From the IMG/VR virus record IMGVR_UViG_3300050821_006962, positions 27,133-91,132 of that record: DNA of 64,000 bases; one strand, 5' to 3'. Source of the stretch: a virus (Duplodnaviria; Heunggongvirae; Uroviricota; Caudoviricetes). The notes beneath the pieces are model-generated. The model saw only the letters and a list, made by a program, of their open reading frames with translations, did no database searches and was not told where the DNA came from. How positions within the stretch are numbered: the stretch's first letter is position 1; each line of letters starts with the position of its first letter. Of the stretch, positions 32,881 through 43,434 are shown piece after piece. The position numbers and the translations under genes were made by a program.

Positions 32881-34102
32881 GTGTCTCATAGACTACGAAT
32901 CGCGCTCTCCGGTTGCGCCTTCCGACGTAGGACTGCACAATTATATCTTTCACCCGGAGACCGAGCCTCTGTTTCTCTGGTACAACATCGACAACATCGG
33001 GTACGAGTGCTGGCGCATCTGGGAAGATGACGCCTTCAAAGCTCGCGATTGGAAGAACATTTGCGTTCCTCAAGCTCTGGATGAGGCGATGCACGACCCC
33101 GAGGTTCGCTTCGTTGCTTTCAACTCAGGCTTCGAGAGATATATGAATCGCAAACTCGGCTGGGAGGTTCCGGCCAGCCGTTTCATCGACCCGCAGGTCG
33201 GCGGTCGCTATCTATCTCTTCCCGCAAGCTTGGAAGTGCAAGCCGATGTTCTTGGGCTGCCTCCGAGTCTCACCAAGGACAAACGCGGCGGCGAACTGAT
33301 TAAACTTTTCTCCGAGAAGGTTATCAAGAAGGCCACGAAGAAAAATCCCGCGCAAGAATATTACAACGACTGGAACAGTCACCCGAAAGAGTGGCAGGAG
33401 TTCCTCGATTACGGCAAGCAGGACGTGGTCGCGGAAGGCGAGTTGCTTCGCAGAATGCGAATTCTCCGTGCGCTCCCTCTTCCTCCGTTCGAGCAGCGCC
33501 TCTGGCTCTTTGACCAGAAGGTGAACGACCGAGGCATGCCCGTCGACCTCAATTTCGTAAAGAAGATGTACGCGCTCGCCATCCGCGCCAAGAAGGAAGC
33601 GAAAGAGGCGTTCGAGAAGATGACAGGCGTGTTGAACGCCAACTCGCCCGCGCAGATTAAGAAGTGGGCCGCAACCCAAGGCTACCCGTACCCATCGCTC
33701 GGCAAGGATGTTGTCGCGTCCGCGCTGAAGGACCCCAATTTGAAACTCACAGAGCTTTGCCGCACTGCGCTCAATATGCGCGCCGAAGCCGCGAGCACCA
33801 GCTACCAGAAGCTCCGCAAAATTCTACTGGCGGTCTCGCCGGACGGCATGCTTCGAAACCAATTTATCTTCATGGGTTCTAGCCGCTGCGGTCGCTGGTC
33901 CGGGAACGCGGTCCAGCTCCACAATATGGCGCGCCCGCTGCCGCCGAACAAGCTGAACGGCTATGACTTCGAAAAGCAAAGCGTTGTGAGAGAAGCTCGC
34001 GCGATGATTTACGCGGAAGACTACGATGGAATCAAGGCCAAGTATGGTAGCGTGCTTCTCGTTGTGAAGAGTCTGATTCGCACGGTGTTCGTGGCACCAT
34101 GA
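32873..34102 (+). CDS. DNA polymerase I family A, N-terminal piece (exo, thumb and pre-motif A)
   Basis: ...FIFMGSSRCGRWSGNAVQLHNM corresponds to RLSSSDPNLQNIP; stops just before motif A. Confidence 0.6.
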   Translation: MIECLIDYESRSPVAPSDVGLHNYIFHPETEPLFLWYNIDNIGYECWRIWEDDAFKARDWKNICVPQALDEAMHDPEVRFVAFNSGFERYMNRKLGWEVPASRFIDPQVGGRYLSLPASLEVQADVLGLPPSLTKDKRGGELIKLFSEKVIKKATKKNPAQEYYNDWNSHPKEWQEFLDYGKQDVVAEGELLRRMRILRALPLPPFEQRLWLFDQKVNDRGMPVDLNFVKKMYALAIRAKKEAKEAFEKMTGVLNANSPAQIKKWAATQGYPYPSLGKDVVASALKDPNLKLTELCRTALNMRAEAASTSYQKLRKILLAVSPDGMLRNQFIFMGSSRCGRWSGNAVQLHNMARPLPPNKLNGYDFEKQSVVREARAMIYAEDYDGIKAKYGSVLLVVKSLIRTVFVAP

Positions 34103-34260
34103 ACGAAATCGTCTACATCGGATGGAAGTGCAACGAGATTCTGATTTACTGGAACGGCGAATATTGGCGCTGGACTCGTTCACCTATGACAAAAGATGAC
34201 CCGCCCCATGTGTTTGAGAAGTTGACCGATGAGTACAAAGAGGGATGGAACCTGCGATGA
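34099..34260 (+). CDS. 53-codon ORF inserted between the polymerase pieces
   Basis: ATGA overlaps at both junctions; MNEIVYIGWKCNEILIYWNGEYWRWTRSPMTKDDPPHVFEKLTDEYKEGWNLR. Confidence 0.4.
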   Translation: MNEIVYIGWKCNEILIYWNGEYWRWTRSPMTKDDPPHVFEKLTDEYKEGWNLR

Positions 34261-35372
34261 GCACACGACTGAACGTTTGCGATTTGAACGCCATAGAAAC
34301 CCGAGTGGGGGGTTGGCTCGCGGGCTGCACCGACTTGATGAACGTGTTCATACCGTACACAGACGCGAAGGGAAATTTCTGGCGCAACGGTCGGGACCCG
34401 TACATCGCGTTCGCGGCGAAGATGTACGGTACGACCTACGAGGCTCTTTGGAACGACTACATCGGGCTGAACGGCCCGGAGCGCAAGGCGGAAGCAAAGA
34501 GGAAGCGCCAGATTGCGAAGCCGGGTGTGCTCGGCGCTATCTATCGTCTGTCCGGCGGCCTTCTCATGTACGTGTTCAAGTGTACCTGTCGCAAGACCGA
34601 ATGGTACGCGCAAGCGGCGACCGCGCAGTGCGGCAACTGCGGAGCAGTGTGTGAACCGCAGTACACGAAGAAGACCGGGCTGTGGGATTACGCGGACAAG
34701 ATGGGCGTCGAGATGTCGCAGGAGCAGGCGCACGAGGTGGTGCGAATTTTCCGCGACTCGTATCCGGAAATCTGTGACCCGAAGGTCGGCATCTGGAAGC
34801 AGCTAGAGGTCGCGGTCGCAGACGTCATGCATCCGCACCACCCGCAGACGGTTCGCACCATCGGCCCGGGCGGCTGCGTTGTAATCGACCGCATCAATTT
34901 CATCGACTCGCAAGGAAACGAAGAGCGCAAGCCGATGATGCGCATGCGGCTGCCGAGCGGTCGCTACTTACACTACTTGGATGCACGGCTCGAATCGACC
35001 AAGATGCCGTGGAAGGGACAGGACGAAGATGGAGAAGAAATTGATGTCTACCGAGACAGCCTCATTTATGCCGGAACCAACCAGAAGACCAAGCAGTGGG
35101 ACGTTTGGGTCTCAACACACGGCGGTAAACTGTTCGAAAACTTGGTGCAAGGAATTGCCCGAGACATCTTGGCCGTCAAGCTTCTTGAGTTTGAAGAGCG
35201 AGAGCTTCCCGTTGTCGGACACGTACATGACGAGGGAATCTGTCTTGTGGAGAATGATATCTTATCGCCTACTGTACACGATATGGTCGAGATAATGAGC
35301 AAGGAAGTCAGCTGGGCACCCGGATTACTTCTAGGAGCAGACGGATATGAAGACCCCTATTATCACAAATGA
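34257..35372 (+). CDS. DNA polymerase I family A, C-terminal piece (motifs A, B, C)
   Basis: Motif A DLNAIETRV; motif B RQIAKPGVLGAIYRLSGG; motif C VGHVHDEGI. Confidence 0.65.
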   Translation: MSTRLNVCDLNAIETRVGGWLAGCTDLMNVFIPYTDAKGNFWRNGRDPYIAFAAKMYGTTYEALWNDYIGLNGPERKAEAKRKRQIAKPGVLGAIYRLSGGLLMYVFKCTCRKTEWYAQAATAQCGNCGAVCEPQYTKKTGLWDYADKMGVEMSQEQAHEVVRIFRDSYPEICDPKVGIWKQLEVAVADVMHPHHPQTVRTIGPGGCVVIDRINFIDSQGNEERKPMMRMRLPSGRYLHYLDARLESTKMPWKGQDEDGEEIDVYRDSLIYAGTNQKTKQWDVWVSTHGGKLFENLVQGIARDILAVKLLEFEERELPVVGHVHDEGICLVENDILSPTVHDMVEIMSKEVSWAPGLLLGADGYEDPYYHK

Positions 35373-35559
35373 AAAATATGTGCCGATGTTTACGTGGGTA
35401 TGTGTATGTGGCAATCGTTTTCGTTGGCCGATAGAGAATTTGGCTTGCTCACCGATGGGCATAAGCGATTGTCTGCGCTGCAACTTGAAAGACGGCGACG
35501 AGGTGCCTATTAAAACGTGCCGCTGTAAACCAGAGCTTGACAAACTAAAAGAAGTGTGA
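35347..35559 (+). CDS. Cys-rich small protein
   Basis: ORF track. Confidence 0.4.
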   Translation: MKTPIITNEKYVPMFTWVCVCGNRFRWPIENLACSPMGISDCLRCNLKDGDEVPIKTCRCKPELDKLKEV

Positions 35560-35571
35560 TATGCTCTTAAA

Positions 35572-35859
35572 ATGAAGATAACGCGAATCATTCTGACCGC
35601 TCTGTTCATCCTGCTCTTCTACGCAGCTGTTGCCGCGCTGGCAAATCAGACCCAGCCGGACGGGAAGCGCGTGAAGCAGATTCAACTCGCGTTGGTGAAG
35701 CACGGATACCCGGCTGGGAAGAGCTGGCCGGAAACGCAGGACATTCTGAGGAGCATCGCGAAGCAGCATCACTGGCAGATGCATCACGCGCCGGACGCTC
35801 GCGTTCTGATTCTTCTCGACCTTGGCAACAAGTATTCGGACCCAGACGTAACAAAATAG
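35572..35859 (+). CDS. signal-peptide or TM protein
   Basis: N-terminal hydrophobic segment. Confidence 0.45.
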   Translation: MKITRIILTALFILLFYAAVAALANQTQPDGKRVKQIQLALVKHGYPAGKSWPETQDILRSIAKQHHWQMHHAPDARVLILLDLGNKYSDPDVTK

Positions 35860-35867
35860 GAGAACTT

Positions 35868-37136
35868 ATGGCGAAGAAAAATCTAGTAATCAAGCATGAC
35901 CTTTCAAAGCTGAGCGCGGAAGAGCTGACGCAGTATTTGCGCGACGTCAGCGAATTTATCGGGCTGGACCCGGATTTGAACGGTCTCGATACCATCTGGA
36001 TGGACAACGAGAACGGACCCGGTCGCTCGTTGGTAGTTTACGCGCGTCGCGGTACCGCCGAGATTCTGCGCGAGTCTAACAAGATTGAAGTCTCCTCGCT
36101 GACGCACGAAAAAGTCAATGACAGTATCGTCTTTACTGCGACAGGTAAAAACGGCGAAGGACGACAGGAGATTGCGACAGGCTCCAAGAGCATCGGCGGG
36201 CTGACAGGCAAGCCGTTTGACAATGCCATCATGACCGCGAGCACGCGCGCCCTCCGTCGCCTCACGATGCAGTTCACCAAGCTCGGCATCCTAGATGAAA
36301 GTGAAATTGAGGCTGTTCACAATACTGCGCCGAACCCGGCAGCCGGAGCGGAACTCGCAGGCAGCCCGGTCGTGATTCCGCCCGCGCCAGCGGTCGTGAA
36401 TAATCTGCCCGGTCGCGATATCACCGCGCCTCAAATAGCAGTGGTTCCGAACTCCCATACGTATCACCACACCCCCGACATCGCAGAGGTTTACGCGGAA
36501 GGCAAGGCCTCGCTCGCGGCAATGCCGACTCCAACATCGGCAAAAACATCGGCAATCGAGCAGCCTGCTGCGCCCGTAACCCCAGCGCCTGCACCAGTTG
36601 CGGCGGTTCCGGAAGCGGCAAAAGAAGCGGCACCAGCACCCCCTGTGCGCCGTCCGCGCGCTCGCAAGAATACGGTCTCGATGGACGTAGAGCCAGAGGT
36701 GGTCAATACGCCCGCCCCAGCGGCCCCTGTTTCCTATCCTAGCAGCTCGATGGCAGCGGTAGCGGCATCGATACCTCCAGCCCCTCCGGTCGCGCCACAG
36801 CCCGCCCCAGCGCCAGCAGCGGCCCCTGTAGCCGTACCCGTAACGGGTACAAGCGTACCCAATCAGGGTACGGACTTCCCGGGTAAACCGACCGAGGCTC
36901 AGATGGCCGATTATCGGAAGCGTGTCTCCGTCTACACGAACGAGCTGCCATCATCGGAGAACATGGGCAGCGTTCAAAAAATGCGCGCTTTCATCACTAA
37001 GATGTCCGGCACTCCGCCGCAGACGATGACCACCGACCAGTGGGAAGAGATGCTCTCGTGGTTCGAGAGCTTTGTGGAGCGCAACAAGGTCAAGGGGCTG
37101 GTCACGTACATCAACGACTCGCTGGGGGTGAAATAA
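35868..37136 (+). CDS. hypothetical protein with a long Pro/Ala-rich linker
   Basis: Globular N- and C-terminal domains separated by about 150 aa of PAPA-type repeats. Confidence 0.5.
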   Translation: MAKKNLVIKHDLSKLSAEELTQYLRDVSEFIGLDPDLNGLDTIWMDNENGPGRSLVVYARRGTAEILRESNKIEVSSLTHEKVNDSIVFTATGKNGEGRQEIATGSKSIGGLTGKPFDNAIMTASTRALRRLTMQFTKLGILDESEIEAVHNTAPNPAAGAELAGSPVVIPPAPAVVNNLPGRDITAPQIAVVPNSHTYHHTPDIAEVYAEGKASLAAMPTPTSAKTSAIEQPAAPVTPAPAPVAAVPEAAKEAAPAPPVRRPRARKNTVSMDVEPEVVNTPAPAAPVSYPSSSMAAVAASIPPAPPVAPQPAPAPAAAPVAVPVTGTSVPNQGTDFPGKPTEAQMADYRKRVSVYTNELPSSENMGSVQKMRAFITKMSGTPPQTMTTDQWEEMLSWFESFVERNKVKGLVTYINDSLGVK

Positions 37137-37780
37137 TGATTCACTACTGGGAATGCGACCGCTGCACCCATCAATGGCAATCGAGCTGCATGGGCGCAAT
37201 GATGATGGACAAAAAAGAAAGCGAGCATCACAGCCGCCATCTATCTAGCGGCTTGTGTGAGGATTGTTTTGAACAGCTAGAAGCCGAACAAATTTCCGGT
37301 CTCACGCTGTTCGAGCTATTCTTTTATCTGAGCAAGAAGTCAGATAATTACGGTGCCAGTAAGACGTGGAAGGTGTTTAACGAAGGCACTCCTGAAAGTC
37401 CGTGGTACAATCACCAGAAATTTTCCGGTATGTGCCACGAGTACATTGGTGCTACCTACAACGAAGACGGGAGCGAAAAAACTCCTAGCAACTTTACGTG
37501 GGGTGAAACCGCAGAGCACAAACAGCTACGAGAAATCACAGGCGAGATTGAGGAGATTTATAAACAGATTATCTCCTCACAACGAACGCCGAAACGTATT
37601 GAGTTAGATGAGTGGCAAAAAACTCAGAGAGGTTTCTTCTTTTTCGGACCCCAGCCACGTCCCGAAGATTTTGTAGGAGACCTGCCGGGAAAACAGCGTC
37701 TCGAAATTTTGTTCGGCCTTGACCCGGTGTCAGGCAACATCATTGCACCGACAATAGTCGCCAATGACGGAACTAAGTGA
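37136..37780 (+). CDS. Zn-ribbon-containing hypothetical protein
   Basis: CDRC...CEDC; TAATG overlap. Confidence 0.5.
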   Translation: MIHYWECDRCTHQWQSSCMGAMMMDKKESEHHSRHLSSGLCEDCFEQLEAEQISGLTLFELFFYLSKKSDNYGASKTWKVFNEGTPESPWYNHQKFSGMCHEYIGATYNEDGSEKTPSNFTWGETAEHKQLREITGEIEEIYKQIISSQRTPKRIELDEWQKTQRGFFFFGPQPRPEDFVGDLPGKQRLEILFGLDPVSGNIIAPTIVANDGTK

Positions 37781-39408
37781 CCGTCCAGCTAAATCCCGAC
37801 CAAGAACTCGCGGCCAATTTCGTAGAGGGGGATGCGGTGGTAATCGCAGGCCCCGGCGCGGGAAAGACCCGCGTGCTGGTGGAGCGATATCTCCGCATGA
37901 GAATGCGAGGCATCCCCGACCGCGATATCCTGAATCTCACGTTCACCAATGCCGCCGCGACCGAAATGGTGGAGCGCGTCGGCCTCTTGAATTCGGCAGA
38001 AGTCTTCCGTACCTTTCACAGTTTCTGCCTCCAATTGCTCAAGCAGGAGCGTACTTACCTGCCGTTCCCAACTTGTCCTGCAATCATCCCGGTGCGAGGG
38101 GAGCAGTACTTGCTGATGAAGGACCTGCTCAAGACCTATCAAGGCATCAGGTCTTACCACGCGCTCAACGACCTCATTGGGGAGTGGAAGGCCGGGAACA
38201 TGAGTCCGGAGCAGGTGTTGGAGGAGCAGTATACGCAAGGCGAAGGCTATTTTTACGCGCTCGCATACCGCGATTACGAAACGAAACAAAGAGAACAGGG
38301 CTGGCTCGACTTCGATAATCTAGTGAAAGAGACCGTCAAACTTTTGGAGGCGAACGATGGCGTTAGAGAACGAAACAAAAGAAAGTACATCGCTGTCGAC
38401 GAGTGCCAAGACACTGACATCACCCAGTTCCAACTTTTGCGATTGCTTTATGGCGGAAATATTTTTGTCGTCGGGGACGAGAATCAGCTTATCTACGAAT
38501 GGAGAAGTGCGAAGCGTGGCAATCTCTCCAATTTCGCCAAAACTTTCTCCGGAGCAAAAACACTTTATCTTGGACAAAATTACCGAAGCACTGGACTACT
38601 TGTCAAATTCCTCAAGTCCATCCTCCCGGTAGACAATGGCCTCGCCTCGCACCTAGTCTCGATGCGTCCGGAAGGCGTCGCACCTCGTTTCATCAGCTAT
38701 ATGACTGAAGACATCGAGGCCAATGAGGTCTTGAATGACATCTATAACCGGGGCATCGTAGACGATGCGGCGATTCTAGCGCGCACCAACCGCCAGCTCC
38801 AACTTATTCAGCGCCGCGCGATGAGCCGCAACATCAAGGCCGAAATCCTCGGCAAGAAAAACGTGTGGCAGGAGAACGAGGTCAAGCACCTAATCGAACT
38901 CACGAAAGAGCAGATTACGGACCCGCGTCCTGCCGCCACCGTGATGACCTCGCTGATTAAGGAACACAACCTCGTCTACCGCTATGGGAACACGAAGGGC
39001 GGAATGGACAAGGACCCCATCGAGAATTTGAACGACATCGTTCGCATGGCAGGCCGGAAGAGCAAGTCGACCGGACAGCCGCTGACCATTGTCCAATTCC
39101 TAGAGTGGCTCCGCAAGATTACCCACATGCGCCACACCAAGACCGAACCTATCCTGACGCTCTCAACGGTTCACCAAGCTAAGGGCCGCGAGTGGAAGTA
39201 CGTCTACGTGGTCGGCGCGAATCAGGGCACGATGCCACATAAAGATGGCGAGCTGCTGGAGGAGCACCGAATCTTTTTCGTGGCCTGCTCTCGCGCGGCG
39301 GATGAGCTGCAAATTAGTTTCAACAAGAACAGGAGTCAATTTTTGAACGACTTCGTAGAAGATATCGAAGTCTTCGGAGAGGAAGATGAGCGAACACAGG
39401 ACGTATAG
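37777..39408 (+). CDS. UvrD/PcrA-like SF1 DNA helicase
   Basis: Walker A AGPGAGKT plus downstream SF1 motifs. Confidence 0.65.
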   Translation: MTVQLNPDQELAANFVEGDAVVIAGPGAGKTRVLVERYLRMRMRGIPDRDILNLTFTNAAATEMVERVGLLNSAEVFRTFHSFCLQLLKQERTYLPFPTCPAIIPVRGEQYLLMKDLLKTYQGIRSYHALNDLIGEWKAGNMSPEQVLEEQYTQGEGYFYALAYRDYETKQREQGWLDFDNLVKETVKLLEANDGVRERNKRKYIAVDECQDTDITQFQLLRLLYGGNIFVVGDENQLIYEWRSAKRGNLSNFAKTFSGAKTLYLGQNYRSTGLLVKFLKSILPVDNGLASHLVSMRPEGVAPRFISYMTEDIEANEVLNDIYNRGIVDDAAILARTNRQLQLIQRRAMSRNIKAEILGKKNVWQENEVKHLIELTKEQITDPRPAATVMTSLIKEHNLVYRYGNTKGGMDKDPIENLNDIVRMAGRKSKSTGQPLTIVQFLEWLRKITHMRHTKTEPILTLSTVHQAKGREWKYVYVVGANQGTMPHKDGELLEEHRIFFVACSRAADELQISFNKNRSQFLNDFVEDIEVFGEEDERTQDV

Positions 39409-39411
39409 ATA

Positions 39412-40617
39412 ATGGCCTTCCTTTATATCAACGCCAAGGGGCAGGCTTGGAAGAAGCACTCGTATTCTGCGGGCAACACGTTCGACCAGTGCCCGCTCAA
39501 GTACAAGCTGCAAAAGATTCACGGCTGGAAAGAGAAGAACACAAAGGCGCGCTTCGAATTCGGCAAGGCCTTCGAGGCCGCGATTCAGTTCTATCACGAG
39601 AACCGAGGCGACCGCGATGCGGCTATAAAGCACTTCGTTTCGCTGTGGCAGCCGTACGCGGATAACAAGCTGTTGCAGTACACGAAGGCCGAGAAAGACT
39701 GGGCGCAGTGCTTGCGCATCGGCACCGACTGGATGAAGCTGTATGCGATTCGTCAGCCGAGTTTGCCGATTCCGCTTGGTGGACAAACTGTATTTCAAAG
39801 AGAATACGCCAAAGAGGTATTCCCGGGAGACCCAAATTATGGCGAAATCGAAGATGCTGGCAAGCTTGACATCGTGGCTTTCGTGGAGCCTGACCATCCC
39901 ATGCTCCCTAAGCTCATCTGGAAGCCCGAGTACGGAGCTTTCCGCCCTGTCATCGTCGACATTAAGACAGCCGGAGCTGACTTCCCCGAAGCCTATGGAA
40001 TCGCGGCCTTTGATACCCAGCTCCGTCGGTACTCGTGGCTATCAGGTATTCGGGACGTGGCCCTTCTCTGGTTTGTAAAGAAGGGGCTGACGATTCAGAA
40101 GGGCTACTCTGTAACTCTCTTGGAGAATTCGGGAGCGATGGTAGCAGGACAGGAAGCGGTCATCGCGCTGGTGGAAGATGAGGGAATCTGGCTGCTTCCG
40201 AACGACTTCATGGTCGAGGAGATGGAGCGAGCGCAAGGCAAGAAGGCCGACACAGGCAAGACAGAGCAGACGAAGATTGCTAAAGAGCGTCGCGATTTGT
40301 GGCTGAGAACGAATGGAACCTTCGTGAAGGAAGACGCGATTACGAAGCAGCGCATGCAGTTCAACGCTGGTTTCGTGACCGTAGAATCTGCGGAGGATGC
40401 AGGAAAAATTGCGCAAAGACAAATCATCAACATTGTGAACGCGCAGCGCACCGGGAACTACGAAAACACTTTCGGTGTCCGCTATCCACACGATGACAGA
40501 AGCGACCCGTACTTCCGCGCCTTCGTTCTAAGAGAGCCGGGATTTTTGGAAGCTAACTTTACAAAGTCCGACGAAGATATCGACTTGTTCGAGGACGACA
40601 GCGAGGCGGAAATATGA
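39412..40617 (+). CDS. PD-(D/E)xK family nuclease (RecB/Cas4-like exonuclease)
   Basis: GKLDIVAF...VIVDIKTAG. Confidence 0.5.
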   Translation: MAFLYINAKGQAWKKHSYSAGNTFDQCPLKYKLQKIHGWKEKNTKARFEFGKAFEAAIQFYHENRGDRDAAIKHFVSLWQPYADNKLLQYTKAEKDWAQCLRIGTDWMKLYAIRQPSLPIPLGGQTVFQREYAKEVFPGDPNYGEIEDAGKLDIVAFVEPDHPMLPKLIWKPEYGAFRPVIVDIKTAGADFPEAYGIAAFDTQLRRYSWLSGIRDVALLWFVKKGLTIQKGYSVTLLENSGAMVAGQEAVIALVEDEGIWLLPNDFMVEEMERAQGKKADTGKTEQTKIAKERRDLWLRTNGTFVKEDAITKQRMQFNAGFVTVESAEDAGKIAQRQIINIVNAQRTGNYENTFGVRYPHDDRSDPYFRAFVLREPGFLEANFTKSDEDIDLFEDDSEAEI

Positions 40618-40778
40618 GAGTGATTAGGAAACCGGATACAACAAACGAGAATCCCGAATACTGGGAGAAGGTCCTCGAATCTCACGGGCTGGGCATTAGG
40701 CAGCTCGGATTGCAGGAGGAGCCGGAAGAGACCGACAACGCCACTTTGGAGGAAGCGGATGGACAAACTGACTCGTAG
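40614..40778 (+). CDS. acidic small protein
   Basis: ATGA-coupled; 54 aa. Confidence 0.25.
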   Translation: MRVIRKPDTTNENPEYWEKVLESHGLGIRQLGLQEEPEETDNATLEEADGQTDS

Positions 40779-41163
40779 AAAAGATATGGCGAAGTTACGC
40801 CTCCGTATGGATGGTGATGATAGCTTCATGAGTTCTCATCAAATTAAGAAGATTCGCACCCGGGAGCGTGAAATTCCTGCGTGGACATTGAACGACAAAG
40901 AGGTGCAAAAGGTTATCACGCGGTCGTTCCCCAACTGGCGCACCCGCCGAGCAGACGCGCAGCGCGCGGGCCGCTGGATTCGAATTATTCACCTTTACTA
41001 CCGCATGCAGCTGTCGAATTCGCAGGTCGCAAAAGAACTGGAGATGAACCTCAATGCGCTGAAGATGGCCTTGAAAGGCATCCGCCGGGTTGCTCGCGGG
41101 CAGCGCTTTGATAACCGAGGACGCCTCGGCGCAAGACCGCAAGGAAGACCCAAAAGAGCCTAA
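40759..41163 (+). CDS. HTH protein, sigma-70 region-4-like (candidate late transcription regulator)
   Basis: MQLSNSQVAKELEMNLNALKMALKGIRR. Confidence 0.4.
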   Translation: MDKLTRRKDMAKLRLRMDGDDSFMSSHQIKKIRTREREIPAWTLNDKEVQKVITRSFPNWRTRRADAQRAGRWIRIIHLYYRMQLSNSQVAKELEMNLNALKMALKGIRRVARGQRFDNRGRLGARPQGRPKRA

Positions 41164-41208
41164 TCCACGACCCCTCCCCTACTCCCTTGGAGGGAAGCCG
41201 GGAGACCT

Positions 41209-41781
41209 ATGAGAGAGTCACGAGTCCACCACTGCATATCGCAAGAGATGGTAGCGCAGGGACTGGAAGAACCACCAGCAAAAAAGTGCAAGTGCCGCGA
41301 AAAGATTGACTATAAGAGGGCCGACGCGAAGGTCAAGGCCGGAGAGGCCCGCTGGGTGGTAACCGCCCGGGAACGAGGGACCCGCGAGGTAGTCTGCTCG
41401 CTCTGCAAGGGCGAGGAAGCCGTCAAAAATTGCGCTCAGTGCGCAGGCTCCGGCAAGCAGACCGAAGCCGCCGTGTGGGATACCTACAACTACGACATCG
41501 TTCTGGTGTCGCAAGCATCCGCAGATTTGAAAGAGAAGAAGTATCGTCCTGCGCTCGCGATGAAGACACCCCGCGTGGCGACCATCGAAAGCGAGCATAT
41601 CGAGCGCGCCTACGTGGAGGGCAACAAGGATGCCGCTGCGCGAATCGAGGAGTACGGGATGCTGATTTTGGAAGCGAGGACCTTCATCGGCAAGGACAAG
41701 ATTTTTGCTATCAAGCCGGAGCCGCTGGATGACCCGAAGACGGGTACAGGCCGAACTTATGATTTTGGGAGAGCTATATGA
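41209..41781 (+). CDS. Cys-rich hypothetical protein
   Basis: ORF track. Confidence 0.5.
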   Translation: MRESRVHHCISQEMVAQGLEEPPAKKCKCREKIDYKRADAKVKAGEARWVVTARERGTREVVCSLCKGEEAVKNCAQCAGSGKQTEAAVWDTYNYDIVLVSQASADLKEKKYRPALAMKTPRVATIESEHIERAYVEGNKDAAARIEEYGMLILEARTFIGKDKIFAIKPEPLDDPKTGTGRTYDFGRAI

Positions 41782-42377
41782 TTAAGATGAACCTTCTTTC
41801 GCCGGAACAGCAGAAGCTGACCGCCGCTCTTCTCGCTTTCCAAGACTCTCAGTACAACCGCTCGTTCTCGGAGCGTCACCCGGAACTCGGCAAGATGATT
41901 AACTGCCCCATCTGCTTGGAGCGTCACCGCGCGAACGAGCGCGGCTGCGGACAGGTCTTCACGTATCGCGTGGGTGATTATGAACTCTTCCGCGAAGACG
42001 AGAAGGGCGAGCTTGTGCCAGCGTATCGTACCGCCGTTCAGCCGGACGAGAAGCCAACACCGCGACAAATAATCGGTGCGGTAGCCTTTAAAAAGAAGCG
42101 CTTCAATCCTCATCCATCTAAGGTCAAGCTTCTCTTCATTCAGCGCACCCGTGAAGCTTTTCAAAATTACGGCTTCTATTTGCTGGACGAAAAATCAGAC
42201 AAGTTTAAGGCACTCACGCTGGCGGTTCAAGAGTTGGTCAAGAAGGACTTTCAAGAGGACTTGCAGCGCGCTCGCGTGCTAGCCGCACGGAAGATTCGCC
42301 GAGACCGCGAGTTCAGCGACCGAGCAATCCGCCGCACCCAAGGCCAGTCTCGTCGCATTAATCGAGGGCTAGCGTGA
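41778..42377 (+). CDS. hypothetical protein
   Basis: ORF track. Confidence 0.5.
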   Translation: MIKMNLLSPEQQKLTAALLAFQDSQYNRSFSERHPELGKMINCPICLERHRANERGCGQVFTYRVGDYELFREDEKGELVPAYRTAVQPDEKPTPRQIIGAVAFKKKRFNPHPSKVKLLFIQRTREAFQNYGFYLLDEKSDKFKALTLAVQELVKKDFQEDLQRARVLAARKIRRDREFSDRAIRRTQGQSRRINRGLA

Positions 42378-42688
42378 TTATTGTATCTTGCTCTCAAACG
42401 CCGCAAGAAGGTGAGCCACACTATCATCTTTTCGCGAAGCCGGAGAACTACACGCTGCCGACGAAGAATTCAGATGATTGCATTTGCGGTGGCGGTAAGC
42501 CGGGAGCGACCGGACGCACGTTGATTGCAAACTGCCCGTGCTGCGACGGCATTCAAGGCTTGGTGCAGGAGGCGTGTCCGAAAGGCGTCGACTGCCCTAA
42601 TAAAGCATACATCCCGATGCGAGTGACGCTACCACCGGACACCAAGATGAGGCTTCGATACATCGACACTGTGGAACCTATATGCTAA
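42374..42688 (+). CDS. Cys-rich small protein
   Basis: ORF track. Confidence 0.45.
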   Translation: MIIVSCSQTPQEGEPHYHLFAKPENYTLPTKNSDDCICGGGKPGATGRTLIANCPCCDGIQGLVQEACPKGVDCPNKAYIPMRVTLPPDTKMRLRYIDTVEPIC

Positions 42689-43434
42689 GCGACATCACAA
42701 TCGTCATCCCGACCTTCCACCGCCGAGGTTACTTGAAAGAGTGCTTCCGCGCTCTGGGAGAGAATCTGCCCGAGTGCTCGGTGGTAGTGGCACAAGATGA
42801 CGGCGGCGACTGCACTTATGAGCATAATACGTACTGGACGAAGCTGCCGTACGACTCCGGGCTGACGATGAAGCGCAACTGGGCGGTCAAACTGGTTGAA
42901 ACGAAGTACACACTGATGGGATGCGATGACTTCGACTTCTCCACGCCGGAAGCGCGAAAGACCGTTGATAACATGGACAGCGTACTAACCGTGTTTAAAC
43001 ATGTTGACGTAGTCGCTGGCAGAGTCAATGAGCGTCCTTACGAGGGCTATCTCGAATACGTTCCCGGCGAGTACATTAGAGAACACATGCTCGGCAGTCG
43101 GGGGGTTCCGTGGCTGATGGACCCGGTGTGGCGAGTTGATATCGCCGCAAATTTTTTCCTTGCTCGCACAGAAGTGCTCCGAGAGATACCGTGGGATGAG
43201 AGCATTCGACCCATCGGTGGAGAACACGTAGATTGGTTTCTTGACTTGAAGGCGGCGAACAAGCACGTTGTACTTTTACCCGGTGCGAACATCAACACGC
43301 AGCCGTACGACCCGGCCAAGCAGGACCCGAGGTATAAGGAATTTCGTCGTCGCGCGCTCACGACCGGGCATGCGCTGATGAAGCAGAAGCGGAACATTAA
43401 GAAGTACATCGATTTCAACGGAGGAATATCATGA
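42682..43434 (+). CDS. glycosyltransferase family 2
   Basis: IVIPTFHR...DD...; GT-A N-terminal signature. Confidence 0.55.
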   Translation: MLSDITIVIPTFHRRGYLKECFRALGENLPECSVVVAQDDGGDCTYEHNTYWTKLPYDSGLTMKRNWAVKLVETKYTLMGCDDFDFSTPEARKTVDNMDSVLTVFKHVDVVAGRVNERPYEGYLEYVPGEYIREHMLGSRGVPWLMDPVWRVDIAANFFLARTEVLREIPWDESIRPIGGEHVDWFLDLKAANKHVVLLPGANINTQPYDPAKQDPRYKEFRRRALTTGHALMKQKRNIKKYIDFNGGIS

